A DNA stretch of 25,711 nt from Lama guanicoe (lineage: Eukaryota): positions 9,064,077 to 9,089,787 of the forward strand of contig MU053652.1 in NCBI GenBank assembly GCA_013239625.1, in the 5' to 3' direction. The position numbers and the translations under genes were made by a program. The notes beneath the pieces are model-generated. The model did no database searches. It saw only the letters and a list, made by a program, of their open reading frames with translations, and had not been told where the DNA came from. Every line of letters starts with the position of its first letter. Within the stretch, counting starts at the first letter, position 1. This document shows, piece after piece, positions 1 through 10,569 of the stretch.

Positions 1-509
1 TTGTGGAGGAGATGAGTCAGAGTTCCTTTGCAGTACACCCTCCTGTTGCAAGCTCTGGGCTCCTGGTCAATGCAGTTAATGCAGGTGATTTAGGTGAATA
101 CTCTGTCTTCCTCCATACTGTCTTTGGTATTTTGTTTGGTATTTGTTTCCTTGTTCAGTGTATATTAGCTGGATCTTTGTGAGTCAATTTATGTTCTAAA
201 ATTCTAATGCTTTTGTAATCCACAGTGCCCAGTCACTACTATACTTAACAGAATCAGTAGGATTTTAGTATTATATTTCAGTTGGGATGAGGAAACTGAG
301 GTGAAGTAAGGAACCCTGTAGCTAGTTATATGTCTCAGCATCCAGGTCTGGATTTTGCTACCATAGTTTATTGCATTTCATAACATTCATTGGTCTATAA
401 GATCTTGGAAAGAGACTAGATCTTTTGTAGGGCATTGTGGGGAGGAGAGCGATGAGTCCCTGTCCTTATTCATGAGTCTATTTTTTTTCTCTGCTACATT
501 GGTCTTTAT

Positions 510-655
510 GACATTCATTTAAATTTGCTCATTGATCTATTCATTCTTTCCCCAAACACTTGAGTTCTCCTATGCAGTAGTCACTGGGAATACAGAGATG
601 AAGAAAACGCAGTTCATTCCCTCCAAGAATTTAGAGTTTAGCAAACAGACAGACA
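510..655 (-). mobile_element. L2 3'-end remnant
   Basis: cattcattt...gtcactgggaatacagagatgaagaaaac...ccctccaagaatttagagtttag resembles a reverse L2 tail; boundaries approximate. Confidence 0.55.
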
Positions 656-2289
656 GAGAAGCAGGGAGACATTTTGGATTAGACTCCAGTTCAGAACTAA
701 CTTTGCATTCCATCTCAGTGAAGCTTAATTTGTGGGCTGGAGACCATGAGATTCATAGGTCCTGTATCTTCTGATGACTTAGAGTAACCGATGGACTTGA
801 AAACACATGAATATTCTTGACAAGATTAATTAATATTAATAGACACCCCCCACCATCTACTTGTTTTTACTTCTATTTTGTAAGGAGCTTAACATTAAAA
901 GAATATAGCTACGCAACAGGAAATAAAAGTGTGGAGAACAGTGCTGCTGCATGCCCAAGCCTAGTTCTAATACGCTTTGGGGTTGGGAGCTATTTGCATT
1001 AGTTCTAGGCCATCACCAGGTGTTCCATTCATTTGGAACTCTTTTGGACCTCTCCAGGAATATTATGATCTGGATACCAAATATGTATTGTGGGCCAAGA
1101 CTCATGGCCATGGAGCTGACTACCCTTGTTTACAGTGCCAGGGCTTCCTGGGAAGCCACGGCTTTTTAAATATGCTTGCATTTTTTTGAATGAACTGGAA
1201 GTGTGGATGTATATCACTTGCATTTCTCACTCAGTACTTTATTTTCTTCAACTCAAGGCTGCGCCATCCTTAGTCTTTTGATGTCTAATCTAGATGTGTG
1301 TCTGATTATTACAAGTAACTTGGCACTGAGAAATCTCCCCATGTGATCTGATAGTCTTAGTTTGAGTCACTGAATTATGTTGTAGTGGAATTATTTTAAA
1401 GATCTGAAATACAAGGACTAAAGGGTACATCTCTGACTTTGGGGCCTAGCCATAGATGATTTGGCCTTAATTTCTTCAATAATGAATTTGTAATCATTTT
1501 TACATGTCCCAGTGGAAGCAACAGAAATTAGCTCTTTTTATACTTAAGCTCTTATATTTGCTTGCACATTGTTTTGGTTTAGGTAGGTGGTTTTTTAGGT
1601 TTATAAAGTTTTCTAGTTAGGTTGATATTACAGAAAGGATTGAAGAGACTTAAAGAATTTTTTTAGTATTTGGTGGAAGAATACAAAACTCTATGTAGAC
1701 CTCAGCTCTCTTCATCTACCTACCATTCTAACTCATGAAAACCAGCACAAATTAGATACATTATTTTATGGCATAAGTACTACCTGAACAATAGCAGATA
1801 AATGCAACCTAATCCAATTACATTTAAAAGTCATACCAACCAAACAGCAGATGGTTTTATTATGATTCATCCATTGAGGCTTGGAAAATGCTTTTTATGA
1901 AATGTGAAAAATTCCTTATTTATATGGGGCTCACTGCCTTCATTTATATTATCTGCTTTTAGATGATTTTCTCTCAGGTCTATTCTGACTCTAATATTCA
2001 TCTATAGTTAGTAACTGATAATTCACCAACAGATTTTAATTGGAGCCATTTAAGTAGATAAAATTGTTTCATCCTGCTCCTGTTGGATCCCAGGAAAATG
2101 GTCAGGGACTAGATTGCTGCCACTTTGTAAGCACCTAACATTGTGCTCTGCACACCTTAAATGCCCCCGCCCCAATTTTGTTTTAGTTAGAGAAAGAAAA
2201 TCAAAACTCCTCTCCCATAATCAATGGACAAATGATAGTTCCATCAATAAAATTTCTGGCTTTTATTATATTTTATTATATTAAATTCC

Positions 2290-2878
2290 CTCTAATTTGA
2301 AAAGTTACATGCACCCCAATGCTTGTAGCAGCATTATTTACTATTGGGTTATCATGGAGATAACCCAAATGTCCATCGAAAGATGATTGGATAAAGAAGT
2401 TGTGGTAGATACAATGGAATACTACTCGGCCATAAAAAGAATGAAATAATGCCATTTGCAGCAACATGGATGGACCTAGAGATTATCATACTAAATGAAG
2501 TAAATTAGACAAAGACAAATATCATATGATATCACTTGTATGTGGAATCCAAAAAAAAAATGACACAGATGGACTTATTTACAAAACAGAAATAGATTCA
2601 TAGACACAGAAAACAAACTTATGGTTACCAAAGGGGAAAGTGGGGTGGGGGGAGGTATAAATTAGGAGTTTGGGATCTGCAGGTACAGATACTATATATA
2701 AAATAGGTAAAGAACAAGGTCCTACTGTATAGCACAGGGACCTATATTCAATAGTTTGTAATAACCAATAATGAAAAAGAAATAGGAAAAAGATAAATAT
2801 ATATCTATAACTGAATCACTATGCCATATATCAGAAACAAATATAACATTGTAAATCAACTGTATTTCAACAAAAAAT
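2290..2878 (+). mobile_element. 5'-truncated LINE-1 (ORF2 C-terminus + 3' UTR), artiodactyl/camelid type
   Basis: Typical L1 3' sequence (acaatggaatactactcggccataaaaagaatgaaataatgccatttgcagcaacatggatggacctagag ... aacaaggtcctactgtatagcacaggg ... acattgtaaatcaactgtatttcaa) ending in a degenerate A tail; no convincing TSD. Confidence 0.92.
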
Positions 2879-4469
2879 TAATATTAGAAATATTAGAAAA
2901 TATTCATGCTAGAAACAAATGACCAACTTAATTACTATATTAACACATGCAATTGTGCAAAAAACCCAGTCTACTGACCATTTGAAAGGACCTTCCCAAC
3001 TAAATAAGCGGTCCTCTGCCTTTGAAGGTGGCTTTTCCTCAGGTATAATCTTCTGTAACTACACCTCACAAAATCTTTTGTTTCTTCTCATTATTTAGGG
3101 TGATCATGTACACAATGACTATGGTTTATTTCATGGTCACTGAAAGAAAGTGGTGGGTTACGTATGGAGTTCTAAGCTCTATCTACTATCTGTCTGCCTG
3201 TCTATCTCTTTTCTTCTAGTGACCATTTTCTTTCTGATTTCTCTTGAAAAGGATAGAAAACACCAAGAACATTTAAGCATATTTCCCCTCCTGCCCTGAT
3301 GCTCATATGTACATTGTAAAGATAGGTAATTTGCAGGATAAGTGAATTACAAGAAATTCTTAAGTCTTCCCCCAAACTGAGAGATGGGAGGAGAGTAAGG
3401 TGATGTCATATAGTATGTTCTCCTGTTGCTAGAGTCCACCTGCTAACTGTCCTCCTAGATCAGTACATGTCTGTGCAACTCACTACAGTATCTCATGGCT
3501 TTTAGAGACATTTCAGATTCCTAACCAATCCTAGGCAAGTGAAAATGTGTACCTTAGTGTTGTTCTTGTTTTCACAAAAGCAAAGAATCTTTTTAAATTT
3601 TATTTTTATGCTATTTGAAACATTGGCCCTTAATGAGATGAATGGAAGACTGTTTAGAAAAAGTCAGGGGAAGGGTCTTGTTTCACGTGCCTGTGACCCT
3701 TCTCTTTCTCTCCTTGTTTCTTGCCTCCCCTTCTTTCTCCTTGTTTTCGCCAGCTCTTTCCTTCTCTTCTTCTTTCCTCCTCTTGCTTTCCCATATCCTC
3801 CTTGCTCATGCTACAGGCTGTTAACAGCACCCAGCCCTGTCAGGTAACCTCACTAGAGCCAGTGGGTAAGCCTGGAGTCTTACTGCCTTGCTTCCACTTG
3901 AAGGCATTGCCAGAAATAAACATCATTTCCTTATATTCTTGGAAAAGCCCACAAAATCCAGGACAAGGAAATCAAGGACAGTCCACCAGGGCATTTCTGT
4001 GAAATACCAGGCACCTGCAGTGCTTGACCTCAGAGCCATTCAGAAATCCTCACTGTGACATTTTCCTTGACGACCTTAGAATGAAACCGATGATGGGCCC
4101 ATCCAGAAAGTTCTAGGCTGAGACTAAGTTTCAACGTTCAAGCAATTACTAACATGGTCAAACCTGCTATCATCAAATCTTTTTTCTAAGCGCTCAGAAA
4201 CCTAGCATTTCCCTTGGCAGGGATTCAGGGAGGATTTTTGGTGACACACAGGAAAGGGGTTGATAGAGGCACCCCATGCTGCTGGGAGAACTGGTCATAT
4301 AGTCAGTACCATATGGATCCGATTTATTTCTGGGATGAGCTGCCAGTAGTTAACAACGTGGGTCAGATCTACAAGGTGCGGATCTGCAGGCTTTGGCAAA
4401 GAAGAGATAATCCTGAGTGTTAAATAATAACCTAGGGGTCCTGCTTCTTCTCAAAAGCAGCACCTTGAC

Positions 4470-4620
4470 AGATTTCACTTCAGTTTCTTCATTGGTAAAA
4501 TGAGGATATGATAGTATCTGCTTACTAAGATTTTGGCAAGGAGGAAATGAAAAATGTCTGTAAAGTGCTTGGCATAGTGTTAAATATAATGTTAAATCAG
4601 TGGTAGCTACTGTTGTATTT
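4470..4620 (+). mobile_element. MIR SINE remnant
   Basis: MIR core ttcagtttcttcattggtaaaatgaggat...tgtaaagtgcttggcatagtg. Confidence 0.75.
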
Positions 4621-4666
4621 GCTTAAAAACAAAGCATCAGGATTTGTGATTGAAGAACTCCCTACA

Positions 4667-4692
4667 AAAAGTGAAAGTGAAAGGAACTTCCC
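4667..4692. promoter_or_regulatory. Candidate composite IRF (ISRE) + NF-kB element in intron 1
   Basis: AAAAGTGAAAGTGAAAG (tandem GAAA cores) overlapping GGAACTTCCC (= GGGAAGTTCC on the - strand, fits GGGRNNYYCC); motif match only. Confidence 0.4.
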
Positions 4693-5771
4693 GAATAAAA
4701 TGCAGCCGGTCAGCCTCTGCTGCTTTCCTTCCTTGTCCCCGTGGAAAGTCTGCGTTTGCAAACATGGATGTGTGTGTTACACGTGTGTATGTTTGTGTCT
4801 GTCCTCTCACACTGTACCCCGGACTCCAGACAGAGGAGGGGGAGAGGAGGAGGGGGGAGCACTGTTCAGAGAGCAGAGGCTGTGGTTATGAATCAAGTTT
4901 GGGCTCACCAGAGAGATTAAATTATTTGAACATGATTCCTAATCTTTGTGCCAAGAAATGCTACCAAGTGTAGAGGATTAAGATCGCTTGGTGGCCTCTG
5001 CTCTGTGAGATACAGCCCCTGCTGGCAAGAGGGGACTATTTCTGGGCTTACCCATGTGTTCAGAGGACTCACTTGTCTTTGGAACTGGTTTCATTTAAGA
5101 ACATAGGGATTCAAGTTCTATGGGACATCGACGATTTTCGCTGGGCTTGAGGGAGAATACATGCAGTGGGCTTGGCCTTGGGTTTGGGCTTAAGGTATTT
5201 TCTTTTAAAAAACAAAGCCATATAAATAAACCAAAAAGTTAGAGTATGTAACAATCTATTACTGAAACATTGACATCTGTGTTTCGGCCAGATGGAAGCT
5301 AGCCTGAGCTCCTGATCGCCGGTGCGTTCGTGTGCTGGGTGTGGCATTTTCTCTCCCTGCCCCTCTTCTAACTAAAGCCTCCTTAGCCGGACTCCTTGCT
5401 ATTGCCTTTACTCTTTTAGTCTGTTGTGTTGTGAGTCGTCCTATAGATTTTCTGTCTAGGATGGCAAGTCGTTGTTTGCCCCTAGGAAATGTACTTGCAT
5501 GTTCACTGTTTGGACCAAACTTCCCCATCTACAAGGTGGATCTGATTTAGAGATTGCCATCTGATGTAGCAGAAATGTGTTCCGTAAGAATTTTGCTAGA
5601 TACTAGCAGTAATTGGTAAGGAATTTCTAGAAGGTGTAAAATCATCTAGTCCCTATATTTTGATGTCAACCTGAAACAGAAAACTCAGGTTTCAGGTCCA
5701 AATGATCCAGCAAACTATCATCTGACATGACCTTTGTCTACTAAATTTACATGCCCATAAATAAAGGAATA

Positions 5772-6426
5772 CCATTTGACATTTATTTTTTTCTAACATT
5801 TTTTATTGATTTATAATCATTTTACAATGTTGTGTCAAATTCCAGTGTTCAGCACAATTTTTCAGTCATACATGGACATATACACACTCATTGTCACATT
5901 TTTTTCTCTGTTAGTTACCATAACATTTTGTGTAAATTTCCCTGTGCTATACAGTATAATCTTGTTTATCTATTATACAATTTTGATGCCCACTATCACC
6001 ACTCCTATTCAACATAGTCCTGAAAGTCCTAGCCACAGCAATCAGGCAAGAGAGAGAAATAAAAGGGATCCAAATTGGAAAAGAAGAGGTAAAAGTATCA
6101 CTATATGCCGACGACATGTTACTATATATAGAAAATCCTAAAAGGTCCACACAGAAACTACTAGAGCTGATTGAAGAATTCAGCAAGTAGCAGGTTACAA
6201 AATTAACGTTCAAAAATCAGTTGCATTTCTTTACACTAATGATGAATCAACAGAAAAAGAAAGTAAAGAAACAATCCCCTTTAAAATAGCTCCCAAAGTA
6301 ATAAAATATCTGGGAATAAATCTAATCAAGGAGGTGAAAGAATTATACACAGAGAACTATAAACCAATGATGAAGGAAATTAAAGAAGACTTTAAAAAAT
6401 GGAAAGATATCCCATTTGACATTTAT
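5772..6426 (-). mobile_element. 5'-inverted LINE-1 insertion with 15-bp target-site duplication
   Basis: TSD ccatttgacatttat at 5772-5786 and 6412-6426; 5787-5985 is L1 tail and 3' UTR on the - strand; ~5986-6415 is an ORF2 RT fragment on the + strand ([11 protein letters not shown]...[10 protein letters not shown]...KYLGINL...KWKDIP, one frameshift near 6187). Confidence 0.93.
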
Positions 6427-6447
6427 GCTTTAAAAATTTCCATAAAA

Positions 6448-6506
6448 TGTACTCTGTGCTGACACATAGTAAGCCTCTTGTAAATATTTCTTGATTGAAT
6501 AAATGG
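6448..6506 (+). mobile_element. L2 3' terminus
   Basis: tgtgctgacacatagtaagcctcttgtaaatatttcttgattgaataaatg. Confidence 0.55.
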
Positions 6507-6653
6507 GTAGAGTTTTATGATCTGGAACAACAGAAAAGTGATGGAGACAGAGGTCCAGGTTTAATATAAGAGCAGGAGGATGCGGCACGGGAGGAGTCTC
6601 TGGAAAGGGGAAGAGCGTGCTTAGCACAGCAGAAGGGTCAGTGAAGTGAGGCT

Positions 6654-6681
6654 GGGGTCTCGGGGGGGCGGGGGCTTAGGG
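6654..6681 (+). other. Potential G-quadruplex containing a GC box
   Basis: GGGG-TCTC-GGGGGGG-C-GGGGG-CTTA-GGG; includes GGGGCGGGG. Confidence 0.45.
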
Positions 6682-6729
6682 CTGTGCGCTTCAGCCTCTA
6701 ATGCCTGTGGGGAAGACCATGTTTGTTTT

Positions 6730-6910
6730 GTTTCTTAAATATAAATGCTTTTATAAAATTCAGTAACAGTGAATTACTAGGAAAAACGATCCTGTGATCT
6801 AAAAGTTTCCAAGTGCTTACTTTCTGTTTCTGTACCTGTCTCACCGTGGACCAGTAAGGAGCAGTTCACTGCCTGACAGCAGGCTCTGAAACGCACTTTG
6901 AGCACACTGG
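6730..6910. mobile_element. Probable hAT-Charlie DNA transposon remnant
   Basis: Ends in cacttt gagcacactg, resembling Charlie/MER5-type terminal sequence; subfamily not determined. Confidence 0.35.
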
Positions 6911-7224
6911 TTTAGGGAACGGGCAGAGGTGAAACTCGGAAGAGGCTGGGGCTGGACTATCCAGAACATCACACACGGTTAAAGGATTCTCAACTTTATA
7001 TCTTCAAAGTTGGCAAAATTATCTTCCTGTATTTACCTTGTAGGTTAATTTGCTTGAAACTTTTGTGCTGAATAAATGTTTGATAAAGCATATTTTTTAA
7101 AAAGAATGATTTCCGCTTAGCAGATACTGGTTAGAATTCCGTAAGTTGCTCAGGACATCTTTTTATTTTGGGAAAAACTTCGTTTGTGGAAATCTGTTTT
7201 TCATTTTTCGGGTCAAGGAACACT

Positions 7225-7232
7225 TGACGTCA
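7225..7232. promoter_or_regulatory. Perfect palindromic CRE (TGACGTCA)
   Basis: Exact consensus about 145 nt upstream of the exon 2 acceptor; motif match only. Confidence 0.35.
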
Positions 7233-7375
7233 TCCAGGTTTTCCCTCGCCCTCCTCCATCTTGTATCTGTTACCATCTGAGGTGGCTGGATTTTACAACA
7301 GATTTCTCTGGAGACCAGAACTAACCTGTGCGCCCTCCTGCCTTGTGCTGTCCTGCTCTCACGATGTCTTTACAG

Positions 7376-7390
7376 TCACCAGGTTTCAAG
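7376..7390 (+). other. AASS: 5' UTR part of first coding exon (exon 2) of AASS
   Basis: Pyrimidine-rich tract and TTTACAG acceptor ending at 7375, then 15 nt (tcaccaggtttcaag) before ATG 7391. Confidence 0.8.
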
Positions 7391-7600
7391 ATGCTGCGAG
7401 TGCTTAGGACCCGACCGGGCAGGATGGGGCTCAGCCGCTCCAGAGGGCTCCACCACAAGGCGGTGGTGGCCCTGCGGCGGGAGGACGTGAACGCCTGGGA
7501 GAGGAGGGCTCCTCTGGCCCCCCGGCACATCAAGGGGATCACCAACCTGGGGTACAAGGTCTTAATACAGCCTTCCAACCGGCGGGCCATCCACGACAAG
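7391..7600 (+). CDS. AASS: AASS exon 2 (codons 1-70): Arg-rich mitochondrial presequence and start of LKR domain
   Basis: [70 protein letters not shown] matches the AASS N-terminus; ends at AAG|GCAAGT (GC donor), phase 0. Confidence 0.97.
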
Positions 7601-8164
7601 GCAAGTATTTCTAGTCCTTTAAATTTGTGGGAATAAAATGACCCTGTGTGTGAAAATTAGGGGGCATCTGAGTGAAAATAAAATGTTTGCTAGTGTCACT
7701 TACATACCACATGGCAGTTTTCCTTTACTTTAGTTATACTGAGATCGTGTAGTCATAATGAGACTTCTAGTTTGAATCCTTTGAGTCCAGCATTTAGCCA
7801 ATAAGTATTATTTCCACCCCATTCCATGCCTTCTCCAGCTGCGAAATCAAGGGGTTGCTTTTAGGAGATGATGTCCTTCAGTCACTCCTTCACGTGCGAC
7901 CCTCGTTCTGGGACTGGGGGAGACAAAGACTCAGGAGCCTCTCTTTACCCTGCCAGCCACTGGGTGAAGCCCTTGACATTCCTCGTTCCATTTATCCTTC
8001 ACTGTAATCTTATGACACAAGTTTTTGACTCTTATTTTTATCTTACAGAGTGCTGTGTCCACAAGTTATCTGAATCAGTTTTTTTGTGCGGTTACACTGT
8101 CAATGTGCTACCTGGTTGGATATTTATTTTTGTTTCAATGATACTTTCACATTTGCTTTTAAAT

Positions 8165-8610
8165 CCTTTTTGATTCAATTTTATTTTTCAAATGAGTTAA
8201 ACACTTCCAAGTTTCCAAGATCAAAACCATGTAAAAAGATGAGACCCAGAGAAGTCTTGCTCTCATTAGGCCCCCACATCCCACCCCCACCACCCTATAG
8301 CTTTCAAGTGTCATCAGTTTCTAACTTCGCATTCCTATGTTTCTTCTTGCAAAAATAAGTCTGTGTGTATGTGTGTGTGTTCTCAGTTCCCCTTCAGTCT
8401 TATACAGAAGGTTGTATGCGATACGTACTCTTTTGCACCTGGCTTTGTTCAATCTACACCATATCCTGGAAATCACTCCATGTTAGTTCATAGAGATCTG
8501 CTTCACTCTACTTAGTGGCTGGGTCGTAATTACCCCACTGTAATGACTCCATGACTTATCATGATTTATTTAGGCAGTCTACTATAAATGGGCAAATAGA
8601 CTGTTTTCAA
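8165..8610 (-). mobile_element. Old L1M (L1MC/MD/ME-like) 3' end
   Basis: actcttttgcacctggctttgttcaat...atatcctggaaatcactccatgttagttcatagagatct...atttatttag...atgggcaaatagactgttttcaa, typical of reverse L1M 3' regions. Confidence 0.65.
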
Positions 8611-8799
8611 AGAAACCACAAATGAACTGTACATTTATTATTTTCTTATCTCTCCTATGCACCTGTACTTTCCTTTAAAGTAGGTTCCTAACTAGATGTA
8701 TCTTCATTTTATTCAACTGCCACCTTTGATGCTTTTAAAATTCTGCCTTGTGCATACTACCCCTTTATTTAAAAATCTGAAATGACTGTCTGTAGCCTC

Positions 8800-8975
8800 C
8801 ATGTACTAACTGTGCAATCTCGTTAAATGCCTAAGCCTCAGGTTTCCCACGGGTAAAATGGCAATAATAGTACCTTCCTCATGGGAGTTTTATGAGAATT
8901 AAATGAAATAATTCATGCAAAAAGCTTAGTAAAGCATATGGTAATTTATTGATAAATATCAGTGATTATTATTTT
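8800..8975 (+). mobile_element. MIR SINE
   Basis: ctaagcctcaggtttcccacgggtaaaatggcaataatagtaccttcctcatgggagttttatgagaattaaatgaaataattcatgcaaaaagcttag. Confidence 0.85.
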
Positions 8976-9334
8976 TGTGTCATTTTCACCATGAGGGTAT
9001 TTAATATAAATAAAGCTTATATTCACTATCAGTAACCTAAATATTCCTCAAATTGATTTACCCATTATGCCCCTAAACATCTTACTTTCCTGTCTCCGTA
9101 TTTGTATATATTACTTCAATGCCTCTTACTGATATTACCATATTGTATTTCCCATCTCCATCCTTCCAAATCCTACCCAGCCTGTAGATTAATTTGAATT
9201 TCCCTATTTCCTTGGTCACCTGGGAATTATCTCAGTATCCATTAAATTAATATATCACTTAGATTATGCTAATCATAATGTTCTTTTGAATTCAACGTCA
9301 TGTACTGTGCCTCTGGCTTTTTTTTCTTACTGTG

Positions 9335-9447
9335 TTTTGTGAGCTCCTTTACAGGAGGGATCTTGCCTGTCTTCCTTTGTGTCTTATCACCTCATCTCTA
9401 GCACCGTCCCCTGTACAGAGTAAAGCAGTAATAAATACCAGTTGAAC
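9335..9447 (+). mobile_element. L2 3' end
   Basis: tgtgagctcctttacaggagggatcttgcctgtctt...tctagcaccgtcccctgtacagagtaaagcagtaataaataccagttgaa. Confidence 0.65.
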
Positions 9448-9857
9448 CCCCCCCAAAAAGAAAAGGAAATATTGTATGTATCTATGTCCGTCTTTTAAAA
9501 ATACAACTGAGTAATAAATTACTATTTAGCATTTAATGTTTCAGGGCATTGTTGGTACAAAATGCACATTTTACAAGTATATTGAAATCACATGTGTTAG
9601 TGGTTATGAGCAAATTATTAACTGTTCTTAAATAAAAGTGTGCTGAATTTTCTAATTTTGCTTTTGCTACAGAAGTCAGACATGTTAGGTTGATCTTTAA
9701 CCAGCAGGTGAAATATTAAAAGTAGCTTTTCTATTATTTGTTCCTTATATTTCATCCCTTCAAAAGGTTGTACCTTTAATGGCTACATTTATTTATTAAA
9801 GAAAATAGAGATATGACGAAGCAAGGGAATAACTTTTAACCAAAATTACATTCCCAG

Positions 9858-10034
9858 GAATATGTCAAAGCTGGTGGCATTCTTCAAGAGGATATTTCTG
9901 AAGCTTGTCTAATTTTGGGAGTTAAAAGACCCCCAGAGGAAAAATTAATGTCCAAGAAGACTTATGCGTTCTTCTCCCACACAATAAAGGCTCAGGAGGC
10001 CAATATGGGTTTGTTGGATGAGCTTCTAAAAAAG
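9858..10034 (+). CDS. AASS: AASS exon 3 (codons 71-129)
   Basis: ttcccag|GAA...AAG|gtaatt; [59 protein letters not shown]; contains conserved GVK and FFSH motifs (K93, H111). Not in the ORF track. Confidence 0.97.
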
Positions 10035-10342
10035 GTAATTAGTGACCAATATTCATAAATGTTAACATAGACACATATTTTTTTTTTCTTTTAACTGTCA
10101 AGTGGAGTTTTAGCTTTCTTTCAGCATCAATTGTTCACCTCGATGGGAAAAGTGATCTATGAGTTGGTGCTTGAATAGCTCTGCTGCACTTAGGGCTCCT
10201 CTGCTGGGCAAGTTTAGAGTTTGTCATAAGAGCAACCAAACAGATTTCATTCCTTTTGTATTCTGAAATGGAAAGAATGATAGAAGCATTTGACCCAAAT
10301 GATTATTAATTTATAAGGTTAATTAGTCAAATATTGCCAAGT

Positions 10343-10472
10343 AGACTTTTAGAGCCGAAAAGAACCTCAGGGATCATGTAAGCCACCACCCTAATTTTTC
10401 AGATGGAGCCCAGAGAGGTGAAGTGACTTGACTGAGGTTGCACAGCTCTGTAGTACCAGAACTGGACTGGAG
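10343..10472 (-). mobile_element. MIR SINE
   Basis: ccctaatttttcagatggagcccagagaggtgaagtgacttgactgaggttgcacagct. Confidence 0.8.
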
Positions 10473-10569
10473 ATTATTTTTACATTTATTAACATTCATA
10501 AGGGAAAAAAAACTTTTTTTTGAGATTAAAAATACCATGAAAAAACTATCAGCATTTAAAATACAGAGT

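Noticed and set aside
2261..2900. Short tandem duplications flanking the first L1 (ttttattata x2; atattagaa x2) as a TSD
   Set aside because: Left and right motifs differ from each other; they look like local slippage in AT-rich DNA.
4688..4695. TTCCCGAA as a STAT GAS site next to the IRF element
   Set aside because: Spacer is 2 nt, not the TTCN3GAA consensus.
532..5550. Many 60-110 aa ORFs upstream of exon 2 (e.g. 977-1189, 3539-3847, 4650-4973)
   Set aside because: No recognisable protein similarity, mostly non-ATG starts, and they overlap low-complexity or repeat sequence; expected by chance in intron DNA.
5806..6213. ORFs 5806-6141 (+) and 5947-6213 (-) with hydrophobic stretches
   Set aside because: Off-frame or antisense translations of the inverted L1 insertion.
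1..7375. Search for AASS exon 1 and core promoter / CpG island
   Set aside because: No CpG island or convincing first-exon donor seen; exon 1 probably lies upstream of the window.
7328..7390. N-terminal extension of ORF 7328-7636, including in-frame ATG 7364 (MSLQSPGFK)
   Set aside because: The starts at 7328 and 7364 lie upstream of the TTTACAG acceptor at 7375, so they are intronic. They would matter only if a TSS or intron retention were shown here.
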